Shown here piece by piece: positions 17,876 through 26,100 of a stretch of 32,000 nucleotides of DNA (its first letter is position 1; the number at the start of each line of letters is the position of its first letter). Source of the DNA: an uncultured archaeon (lineage in GTDB: Archaea > Asgardarchaeota > Thorarchaeia > Thorarchaeales > Thorarchaeaceae); contig CAZYLT010000017.1 of the NCBI GenBank assembly GCA_964648855.1, positions 1 through 32,000 of the forward strand. The letters run 5' to 3'. The translations under genes and the position numbers were made by a program. The notes beneath the pieces were generated by a model. The model was not told the origin of the DNA and searched no databases. It saw nothing but the letters and a program-made list of their open reading frames with translations.

Positions 17876-18271
17876 TCAGATGTCGTATATTGAAACAGAG
17901 GCTTCTAGGTTCTTTGCCGCTTGAATACATTCACGGAGAATCCCTGATTTGTCAGCATCCATTGGTGCAAAGGCAATCATGAACCATACTCCCTTTCCAG
18001 TGGCCATGATAATGCTTGTAGCTCCCGAAGGGTTGATGGCAACCAAGCTTGAATCATTATTCAGGACAGTGATGAACCGAATATTCTTCACAACAAATCG
18101 GCTCGTTTCGCCATTCCATGCTTTAATCAGAATATCAAAATCCTGCGTCTTTAGCTGAAGATTCTCGGTCATATACCCAGACTTGCCTTCAACACTAAAT
18201 ACGCATGCACCAGATATTTCGGAATAGTTGGTCATCGCGATTTGTACTGTCCGTTGGATTCTTGCACTCAT
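17876..18271 (-). CDS. Divergent Asgard-type profilin
   Basis: 131 aa in profilin order: N-helix, GACVFSVEG, YMTEN, LIKAW, VVKNIRFITV, LVAINPSG, IIMA, FMIAFAP, C-helix. Confidence 0.7.
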   Translation of the reverse strand: MSARIQRTVQIAMTNYSEISGACVFSVEGKSGYMTENLQLKTQDFDILIKAWNGETSRFVVKNIRFITVLNNDSSLVAINPSGATSIIMATGKGVWFMIAFAPMDADKSGILRECIQAAKNLEASVSIYDI

Positions 18272-18373
18272 GTAGCAGCCCTATCGTGTGAAGTGTGCTA
18301 CAAGAAATAGGTATTGCGTGGATGTAGGTTGAATCAGTAGGAATAAGGGTCAATAGTAACAAGACGAGGTTTT

Positions 18374-18970
18374 CTATGAAGACGCAATAGAAACTGCTCT
18401 TGCCATGAGAACGCTTCTACCATGCAGTTCGTCGTTACTGATCCAAGTTACAAGCTTGCCATCCTTTTCGGACATTCCATGACGCAGTGCGATATTCTTT
18501 AAATCTGGATGATGCAAATATGGCGACTCTAATCTATAGACAAACCATTCATCAGAACCTTGTTCCTTAATTCGGCACGTAATATTGATTTCTTTCCCTT
18601 CACCAATTTCAACTTTGAATCGCTTTCCTATCGAATGCGAAATCTTCGCATACGGTCCAAAAACGCCATTCAAAACAGCATCTGTGTAATTCGCTGCAGG
18701 AGTTGGCAAGAATGCCCAGGTCCAGAAAGCATATCCAAAGATCATAAGGGCAAATGCCACTATGAAACCTATTGTGTTGAATGAGTAGACCACTTCGAAC
18801 CCCTGTGACCAGCCGGGTGGAAACCATTCTTGTGGCAGAGATTCAATTTCATAGATATCAGGACTATAAAATATGTAGAGGGCGGCAGAAAATACAACCA
18901 ATAGAGTTGCCAATGCTATTTTTTGTCTCTCCCGATAGAGGCTCTTGGCATTCTCGAGTAGGTGATCCAT
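18374..18970 (-). CDS. 2-TM membrane protein with a soluble C-terminal domain
   Basis: 198-aa ORF with two hydrophobic helices; its start abuts the stop of the upstream gene. Confidence 0.7.
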   Translation of the reverse strand: MDHLLENAKSLYRERQKIALATLLVVFSAALYIFYSPDIYEIESLPQEWFPPGWSQGFEVVYSFNTIGFIVAFALMIFGYAFWTWAFLPTPAANYTDAVLNGVFGPYAKISHSIGKRFKVEIGEGKEINITCRIKEQGSDEWFVYRLESPYLHHPDLKNIALRHGMSEKDGKLVTWISNDELHGRSVLMARAVSIASS

Positions 18971-19324
18971 CTAGTGTTCCTCCAGAGTTTCTTCGTATAC
19001 TTTGCGTGTTTCTTTTCCGTAGGTTCTGCACAATGCCACAAGGACAGAGAGCAGCGGATGTTCATTATTGATCCGTATCGCATAGAGCTTCGGTGTCAGC
19101 TCGTCGATGAGTATCAACTCGTTTTCCTGCAAATGCGATAGGACTCCTCTATAGAGGCTCCTCGATTTCCCACTGTAGCCGATTAGTCGACTGAGCTGTA
19201 CTCCACTGACGCTACGCGGGTAGATATGGGCCAAGGCCAGCAGAATCGCTCGCCGAGTGCTATTGAGCGAAGCAAACAGCTGGATGAGCTCATATACTGA
19301 GCGTAGTGTTTCGTCATCTTCCAT
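18971..19324 (-). CDS. Winged helix-turn-helix protein (probable start ATG 19324)
   Basis: LNSTRRAILLAL…SGVQLSRLIGYSGKSRSLYRGVLSHLQENELI, followed by the wing strand LYAIRIN. Confidence 0.7.
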   Translation of the reverse strand: MEDDETLRSVYELIQLFASLNSTRRAILLALAHIYPRSVSGVQLSRLIGYSGKSRSLYRGVLSHLQENELILIDELTPKLYAIRINNEHPLLSVLVALCRTYGKETRKVYEETLEEH

Positions 19325-19569
19325 ATTTCTCAACCCACTATAGACCTTTATGTGCACAAGAATACACATTGCAAACTCAAAGTGCCAGCAACAATTTTGT
19401 CGGTTTCCACATTTCTTCCTTTGCTCTCTTATTGGAGAATGCAACTATTTCATTCTTGTGTATTAGAGCTGTTTCTTCACCATACTAGGAGTATTGCCCC
19501 GCATAGAGTTAATAAACTTCGTTTGCCAGATATGATATATCTCTACTCACATATACGGAGGTTTCAAAA

Positions 19570-20136
19570 ATCAGATCATTTGGAAGTAAATTCCTTGGTT
19601 GGCTAGCAGCCGTCGCAATCGTACTTATCGCAGGATGGTTCCTGCTGCCGTCAGGGTATAACACGTTAGTTCTGTGGCTTGCGCCACAACTAGGAAACTA
19701 CATTCGTCCGACTCTTGTTCTTGTTAACACACTACTAGTAGACCCACTCAATAACCTGCAGATGGTAGCCATTTGGGGTGTTGCGGGATTCATTGCTGGA
19801 GTGCTTGCTGGAACCAAGAAAGGGGCGTTTGCAGTGGGCCTATTAGCCTGGCTCACAATGATACTTATGCTTGTATTTCTGGTCTTTCAGCTATTTACAA
19901 CTGGGGTAGAACTTGGTACAATTCCGCCCATCCCGCCAGGTTCATCTATTGCAGATGTTTTGGGAATTCCACTAATTCAATCTGTAGTGGATGAGTTACT
20001 GCCGCTGATTGCGGGTAGCGGAGGAGCACCAGATATTAGCTCCCTTCTACAGCCATTGATAATTTGGTTCTTGACTCCCCCCATTGTTGTGATTGTCACA
20101 GGAATCATTGGCGCCACAGTGCGCCCAAAGGAGTGA
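19570..20136 (+). CDS. Multi-pass membrane protein; probable ATC start at 19570 (ORF track start 19762)
   Basis: The frame stays open and hydrophobic for 64 codons upstream of ATG 19762 (RSFGSKFLGWLAAVAIVLIAGWFLLP…). GGAGGT lies 7 nt before the ATC. Confidence 0.7.
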   Translation: MRSFGSKFLGWLAAVAIVLIAGWFLLPSGYNTLVLWLAPQLGNYIRPTLVLVNTLLVDPLNNLQMVAIWGVAGFIAGVLAGTKKGAFAVGLLAWLTMILMLVFLVFQLFTTGVELGTIPPIPPGSSIADVLGIPLIQSVVDELLPLIAGSGGAPDISSLLQPLIIWFLTPPIVVIVTGIIGATVRPKE

Positions 20137-20143
20137 GAAAATA

Positions 20144-21781
20144 ATGAAAGTAAAGCACGCATTTACACTTATGTTCGTAGCGTTCATGGTTTTTGCACCA
20201 TTAACGGCAGCAGCGATGGAAGACAGCTTTGGTGTTGCACAGGGTGAGGAATTCAATCCTGAAGAACTCATTGGGAGGCTCCTTGAGGAAGGAGCTGAGG
20301 TACTACTTACCAATATTGATGAAGACGGGGTACCCGGTGTCATTTATGGACAATTAGGGATCCCTTCAGATGACCTGGGCCTCACGGAAGATTTCTATGA
20401 TGGTTGTCTCGCAATGGCAATGATATCTACTCATGGAGAATTTCTAGATATTGTCTTTGATTTGATAGGCGGAAACCCATTCTCAGGAGAATCCTCCGGA
20501 GGCGAGTTTGCCACAGCACAGGATGGTGGTATGGGAAGTCCTGAGGAAATTCTAGAAATACTTGGAACCGAGTTTAATCTACTAATAACTGTGTATGCGA
20601 ATATGCCAGAAGCTGAGTCTCAGCAGAAGATGTCAGGCGTTGTCAACCACATGACAAGCACTTTCGGCTTCAGTTTGACACAACTACTGGCAATCAGGAT
20701 CGATGAGAACTTGTTTCCACCAGACGCTGAGATTGAACTGCCCTTTGACTCTCTTGACCTGTTTATATATCAGGAGCTGAGCACGTTTGACATTGTAACA
20801 AACGCAATGTTAAGTCAAATGGATGACTCTGGAATCCTTGGAGCGATGGACACCTCCCTCTTCACCGAGGCCAGAGCATCAGCCGCAGGGATGCTTGCTA
20901 TTCCTGACTTGGCTGAGCTGGTGAATTTCATCAATTCAACCTTCGAGGGCGCTGGAACTGCTCCCCCATCTTCTGGATTCGCTCTAGCTCAATTCCCAGA
21001 GAACCTAGAAGGCCCACTCGCTATAGCTGCAGTAGGGTACCTTGGTGAGCAAGTCTTGACATCAGAAAGCACCGAGCTGAATGTAGGCGCATTGGTTGGA
21101 GCAACAGGAACAATCTCTCCGTTAGATTCTGGACAGTCTCTTATTATTACGAACCTGCCTGAGAATGTGAATATCACATCTGTGACTCCATTTGTTGAGA
21201 ATCAAACCTTCTACGAAGCGAATGGTAGCACCGTCTTCTGGAATTCGACAGCACTCGGAGACCAGCCAGATTACCTCATTTCATTTGATGGTGGAGAATT
21301 CCCGCCACCGATTACTATTGAGCGAACTTTCTCACCTGAAACTGCCACAGCGGGAGGGTCCGTGGAGGTTACGGTCACCGTGACCAACGAAGGAACGGAA
21401 GCGATTTCCGATGTGTATCTGAATGACACAGGCTTATTGAGCTATTATAGCTCAGTTACTGTGACAGGCACAACAAGTGACACATTTGCGACTCTGAATG
21501 GTGGACAAAGCGAATCAATAATCTATCAGGTTGTATTCGAAAACGAAGGTCGGTACGGATTCCCAAAGGCTGCTGTCATGTATACATATGAGGGTGATAG
21601 CTACACAAAGACCACTCCTCGCGATGGTTATACCGTAGAACCAAACCCTGGCAATCTTGCAGCCCAGGCCATAGCTGATGGATGGCCCTATTCCGGTATT
21701 GCAGTAGGTGTGGTAGCACTTGTTGGAATCTATTCCATTGCGGGACTTGTCCGCGGTCGAGGCGACACATATCAAGTATAA
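20144..21781 (+). CDS. Acidic cell-surface glycoprotein with a C-terminal DUF11/BatD/TRAP-beta-like Ig domain and TM anchor
   Basis: Signal peptide MKVKHAFTL…AAA, several NxS/T sequons, ITIERTF…VEVTVTVTNEG…DVYLND…GRYGFPKAAVMY, then a C-terminal TM helix and short tail. Confidence 0.75.
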   Translation: MKVKHAFTLMFVAFMVFAPLTAAAMEDSFGVAQGEEFNPEELIGRLLEEGAEVLLTNIDEDGVPGVIYGQLGIPSDDLGLTEDFYDGCLAMAMISTHGEFLDIVFDLIGGNPFSGESSGGEFATAQDGGMGSPEEILEILGTEFNLLITVYANMPEAESQQKMSGVVNHMTSTFGFSLTQLLAIRIDENLFPPDAEIELPFDSLDLFIYQELSTFDIVTNAMLSQMDDSGILGAMDTSLFTEARASAAGMLAIPDLAELVNFINSTFEGAGTAPPSSGFALAQFPENLEGPLAIAAVGYLGEQVLTSESTELNVGALVGATGTISPLDSGQSLIITNLPENVNITSVTPFVENQTFYEANGSTVFWNSTALGDQPDYLISFDGGEFPPPITIERTFSPETATAGGSVEVTVTVTNEGTEAISDVYLNDTGLLSYYSSVTVTGTTSDTFATLNGGQSESIIYQVVFENEGRYGFPKAAVMYTYEGDSYTKTTPRDGYTVEPNPGNLAAQAIADGWPYSGIAVGVVALVGIYSIAGLVRGRGDTYQV

Positions 21782-21791
21782 ACTGCTGATT

Positions 21792-21832
21792 TCCCGGACT
21801 ATGTCCGGGAGTCAACTCTTTCTTTTTTTCTT
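21792..21832 (+). terminator. Hairpin plus U-tract terminator
   Basis: TCCCGGAC-TAT-GTCCGGGA (21792-21810), then CTCTTTCTTTTTTTCTT. Confidence 0.7.
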
Positions 21833-21861
21833 CTATCAAAACGCGTAGCCGATAGTTTATC

Positions 21862-22836
21862 TTGCCGTCAGTGATTCAATCTAATAGACTTAGAATGACA
21901 TTACGAGAGAAGTTAGAGGGCTATCTGCGGCTCGAGCGTGCATTTTTTGGCATTTCTGAACATGAGGATAGACAGCCGGATATCGGGGTATTGGGCGTGC
22001 CATATGACCTTACCTCTAGTCATACCCCAGGAAGCCGTTTCGGGCCCGATGCCATAAGAAGAGCAACAGACAGTGAAAGGTCTCATGGATATCCATTATT
22101 GATCGGTAAAGAACCCATAAACAGTGATAGGCCATTGTCCGAGATAATTACTCTCGAAGACATCGGAGACCTAGAGGTTGGAGTTCAATTACCTGAATCA
22201 GTTGAGGTTCATATCTCTGAAGCGGCCAAGATTCTAGGTGGTTCTAATACGTCACTCGTATTTCTTGGGGGTGACCACTTCATAACCTATCCCATCATGA
22301 AAGGCTTGAAGAAGGCCTCTCAGGGCAGATGGGGCCTTTTCTATTTGGATTCTCACGCAGATTTCTATGATGACTATGGCGGTGCTGATTTATCACATGC
22401 CTCCACAGTTCGTAGGATTGTTGAGCAAGACATTACCGATTTACAGAATATTGTTGCATATGATATGAGGTGTGCACCTCCTGATCAGCGAATCGAATTA
22501 CAGCCACTGATTTCACAAGATGTGGAAACGATTGCAGAAACAGCAGTCCGGTTCAGCAATGTTTCTTCAAGGGTTGACCAAATCCATTTGTCAATCGATC
22601 TAGATATTCTCGACCCTGTATATGCTCCAGGCGTTTCTCATCCTGAATCAGGCGGTCTCTCAGTTGAGGAACTCATAACCCTCATCCGGCTAGCTTTTAC
22701 TACGGGAAAAGTACACTCCGCAGATATTGTTGAACTAAACCCGATGTTGGATGAGAATGGCTTGACAGCTATCGCTGCTAGAGATGTGCTCAAGGAAGTG
22801 CTTTGGGGATTCGCCATTTCGAAACGAAAGTTATAA
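21862..22836 (+). CDS. speB: Ureohydrolase (agmatinase-like, arginase family); start may be ATG 21895
   Basis: GVPYD…PGSRFGPDAIR, GGDHFIT, DSHADF, SIDLDILDP, APGVSHPESGG and DIVELNP. Confidence 0.85.
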   Translation: MPSVIQSNRLRMTLREKLEGYLRLERAFFGISEHEDRQPDIGVLGVPYDLTSSHTPGSRFGPDAIRRATDSERSHGYPLLIGKEPINSDRPLSEIITLEDIGDLEVGVQLPESVEVHISEAAKILGGSNTSLVFLGGDHFITYPIMKGLKKASQGRWGLFYLDSHADFYDDYGGADLSHASTVRRIVEQDITDLQNIVAYDMRCAPPDQRIELQPLISQDVETIAETAVRFSNVSSRVDQIHLSIDLDILDPVYAPGVSHPESGGLSVEELITLIRLAFTTGKVHSADIVELNPMLDENGLTAIAARDVLKEVLWGFAISKRKL

Positions 22837-22867
22837 GTAGCAATTACACATAACAATAACGTTCAAG

Positions 22868-23617
22868 ATGGCGATAAGCAGGTCGAAGGAAATTGAAGCG
22901 GTGAGCAATCGGGTAGTGGACTTGCTTCGTGAGTTGGGATTTGGTGCTCACGAGTCCTCTGCTATTGTTGCTCTGAATCAGAAGACCTCATGTACAGTCG
23001 CAGAGCTTTCATCAATGACGGGAATCCATCATGCAAATCTCTATTCTGTTCTTGAAGGGTTAGTTGCACGAGGTCTAGTAGTGCTGACAGAAGGGAGGCC
23101 AAGGGTCTATGCTTTTGCTCCTCTATCAGTATTTGAGGAGCTATTCTCAACCAAAGTAAAACAGGTAGCCAAGGGCTTGAGGCGCCTGAGAGAAGAGCGT
23201 AAGCAATCCGCCACTATTCCTTCCCTGGTCTATACTATTAGAGGAAGGACTGACGTGCATGCGAAAATGGCTGGGATGGTGTCAAAGGCAAAGAAACGGA
23301 TTATGCTGGTATGCCCTGATATCAATATGATTGGATTAGAGATAGTTGACTCAATAAAGGAAGCTTCCAATAGAGGAGTGAAGATCAGAGCTGTATTCGG
23401 CGATTCACCAGAGGACCTGAATTTTGATATAGAACACCGAATAAAAGAAGAAACTATGGCCATAGACCTTGTAGTAGATGGGAAAGAAGCATTGATTTCC
23501 ATGCCAGATATGTCCGTTTGCGGATGGGCTGACAATGAGTTGATTTCCCATCAATTAGAGAACTTTCTTGAACAAACTTGGAACCTAGCGAGGAGTAATG
23601 ATGATGACCGATTATGA
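22868..23617 (+). CDS. TrmB-family transcriptional regulator
   Basis: N-terminal wHTH (LRELGF…NLYSVLEGLVARGLV…GRPRVY) and a C-terminal effector domain (RGVKIRAV, LVVDGKEALI). Confidence 0.88.
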   Translation: MAISRSKEIEAVSNRVVDLLRELGFGAHESSAIVALNQKTSCTVAELSSMTGIHHANLYSVLEGLVARGLVVLTEGRPRVYAFAPLSVFEELFSTKVKQVAKGLRRLREERKQSATIPSLVYTIRGRTDVHAKMAGMVSKAKKRIMLVCPDINMIGLEIVDSIKEASNRGVKIRAVFGDSPEDLNFDIEHRIKEETMAIDLVVDGKEALISMPDMSVCGWADNELISHQLENFLEQTWNLARSNDDDRL

Positions 23618-24974
23618 CGTAATTGTAGCAGGAGCGGGAACAGGCGGTGCAACAACAGCGTACACCATTGCGAAGAATGGAAAATCTGTGCTGTTGATTG
23701 ATAGGAAGGAAAAAAGCAAGATTGGCGACAAGACATGTGGTGATGCATTGGGAAGTCATCATATTCAGGAGTTGAGAGATCTTGTGGGACTACCAAAAGT
23801 GCCTGACGGGATAATAGAACATGAGGTAAACGGCATAGACCTTATCGCACCCGACAGAGAGCATAGGTTAAGGATACAAGGCCCTACAACCACGGGGATG
23901 TCTTTCAACCGATTGAAGATGGGGCAGTGGTTCATCTCTATAGCTGAAAAGGCTGGAGCTGTATTGATGCCATCCACGCGTGCTAAGCGTCCAATTATAG
24001 AAAGCGGAAAAGTCACAGGGGTCCAAGTCTTGGATTCTGAGGGGCAGGAGCATAATATTACAGCTCGCGTTGTTGTAGATGCTACTGGAGCCACAGGAAT
24101 GCTGCGGAGACAACTACCCGAGTCAACTCCCATTGAAAGGACAATCAACAAGGAAGATAAGATGGTAGCTTGGAGAGATATTTATGAAACTCCCAACTAC
24201 ACCTTCGAAAACCCTGATATTTTGGAGATTTTTTGGAATCAAGAGGAAACCCTCGGCGGATATACTTGGGTTTTTCCACAGGGTAAGCACAGAGTAAACG
24301 TTGGAGCAGGTGTGATGACAATTGAAGGGCACAGAAGTCCACAAAATATCATGGAGGAATTTGTCAAACCCAACTGGGACTTCATGCAAACAGAGTACCA
24401 AGTGTTAGACAGTAGCGGCGGTGTTGCTCCGATAAGACGACCAATAAATACCATGGTAGATGATAATTTCATGCTCGTAGGTGATGCAGCATGCCAGGTT
24501 AACCCAATCCATGGAGGCGGTATTGGATCTTCTCTACTAGGAGGAGCGCTAGCAGGTCTCACTGCCGTGAAGGCTTTGGAGTCCGGCGACACATCAATTG
24601 CGGGTTTGTGGGAATACAATCCGAGATATATGGAAATGTATGGGTCAAAACAAGCATCATTGGATGTCTTCCGCTGGTTTCTCCTGAATGTTACCAATGA
24701 GGAAATTGACTTCGCTTTTGAAAAGAAGATCATCAAGGCCAGCGACCTATTGGAAACCTCAATGAGCGGAGCTATGAAAATTGGAATGGGCGACAAATTC
24801 AGAAGACTCGTGTCTGGAATAGGTAAGCTTCCATTATTGCTACGAGTTTCTAAAATCGCAAATCTGATGCAGGATATTCGGGAAGTGTATTCAGAATATC
24901 CCAATAACCCGTCCGGATTGGATAAGTGGAAAGAGAAGCTTGGTCCAATATACGAAGAGGCCAAAACTGTTTAA
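23598..24974 (+). CDS. Geranylgeranyl reductase family (digeranylgeranylglycerophospholipid reductase-like)
   Basis: YDVIVAGAGTGG, KTCGDA, VVVDATG, GGYTWVFP and GDAACQVNPIHGGGI. Confidence 0.9.
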   Translation: MMMTDYDVIVAGAGTGGATTAYTIAKNGKSVLLIDRKEKSKIGDKTCGDALGSHHIQELRDLVGLPKVPDGIIEHEVNGIDLIAPDREHRLRIQGPTTTGMSFNRLKMGQWFISIAEKAGAVLMPSTRAKRPIIESGKVTGVQVLDSEGQEHNITARVVVDATGATGMLRRQLPESTPIERTINKEDKMVAWRDIYETPNYTFENPDILEIFWNQEETLGGYTWVFPQGKHRVNVGAGVMTIEGHRSPQNIMEEFVKPNWDFMQTEYQVLDSSGGVAPIRRPINTMVDDNFMLVGDAACQVNPIHGGGIGSSLLGGALAGLTAVKALESGDTSIAGLWEYNPRYMEMYGSKQASLDVFRWFLLNVTNEEIDFAFEKKIIKASDLLETSMSGAMKIGMGDKFRRLVSGIGKLPLLLRVSKIANLMQDIREVYSEYPNNPSGLDKWKEKLGPIYEEAKTV

Positions 24975-25021
24975 CTTCATGGTGAAAGATTAAGAAAATC
25001 AACATGGATGATATGGCATGA

Positions 25022-25984
25022 TTGGAGATTCTTCCTATGAGAGAAATATGCAGTGTTGCCAACATTAGCTTCTTCGCTCCTGAGTCAGCATATTTCTCAT
25101 TCAGCAATAGTCCCTATATTGGACACAGAAACGCAACAGCCGTGGACATCTATCCGATTGAGGGAGAATGGGGCTGCAGTGTTGCATCGCCCGTTGAAGG
25201 AAAAGTGGTGGCAATCAGAGAGACTCGAATGCGAAAAAAGCGAGAATTCTTCACAGCAGACTTCGATTACGCTATTGGAATAAGACCATCATCTAACCCA
25301 GATTATGTAGTTCGCGTACTCCACTGTAAGCCAGAAGTGAATATTGGTGACGCCGTAGACCGGCTTGGACACTTGGGTGCAGCTATTCGATCGCGTTATT
25401 TCAACTTCTGGACAGGCCCCCATTACCATGCGGAAGTGATGCTCAGTAGTGATTTTGCGAGATCTTCTCAGTCAATACTCCTTAACATACCTCCTACTGA
25501 GATCTTAGGCTCAGAATCAGACTCCGATGATGCGCACCTAGACATCATCGAGGTTACTGAGGACCGAATTCTGGCAACTGGCGAATTTGGACATGCAAGT
25601 TCAGGAAACGGTCTCTTTGGGCACTTGCTTCATACTAGCCAAAACCCATCATTTGGGCTTCTAGACGGAGGAATCCCTCATTATGAGTTAGCTGGTTGCT
25701 TGTGTTCGCCCGATGCCAGTCAACTCACTTTGTACAGGTGGTCGAGATTTGTTGTAGGAAGAACATCATCTGGTATAGATAGTCCAGCTCGATTCTTGAC
25801 AAATCGAAAACTCAACTTTAAATTGGCAGATCATAGGATCAGGGGCATCTCATTTTACATATTCACTGAATACAACTTGATAGATGGAAAAGCTCCACTA
25901 ATTCTGATTCCGAACGATTATGGCGGATTTGTTGACAAGTTTCGAGTGGGAGATACTGCTGAGCTTCATGCAGAATATGATTAG
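25022..25984 (+). CDS. Archaeal peptidase M23-like (hybrid-motif) protein
   Basis: GHRNATAVDIY, VASPVEGKVV, RVLHCKPEVNIGDAV and TGPHYHAEV (HxH). Confidence 0.6.
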   Translation: MEILPMREICSVANISFFAPESAYFSFSNSPYIGHRNATAVDIYPIEGEWGCSVASPVEGKVVAIRETRMRKKREFFTADFDYAIGIRPSSNPDYVVRVLHCKPEVNIGDAVDRLGHLGAAIRSRYFNFWTGPHYHAEVMLSSDFARSSQSILLNIPPTEILGSESDSDDAHLDIIEVTEDRILATGEFGHASSGNGLFGHLLHTSQNPSFGLLDGGIPHYELAGCLCSPDASQLTLYRWSRFVVGRTSSGIDSPARFLTNRKLNFKLADHRIRGISFYIFTEYNLIDGKAPLILIPNDYGGFVDKFRVGDTAELHAEYD

Positions 25985-26100
25985 ACTTGCATTAGACAAA
26001 TACACAAAATCAGCTACTAACTACTCTTCCACCTGATTCTTCTAATTCAAAAATTCTTAATGCATACACTAAAGAAAACATCATCCTTGGAAGTATTGTC

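Noticed and set aside
19325-19444. Cys-rich N-terminal extension of the wHTH ORF
   Set aside because: Reads like intergenic sequence; the domain begins at the Met of 19324.
24239-24964. 241-aa antisense ORF (and similar ones such as 13875-14414, 4242-4682, 14787-15230)
   Set aside because: Shadow ORFs opposite well-supported genes, with no recognisable motifs.
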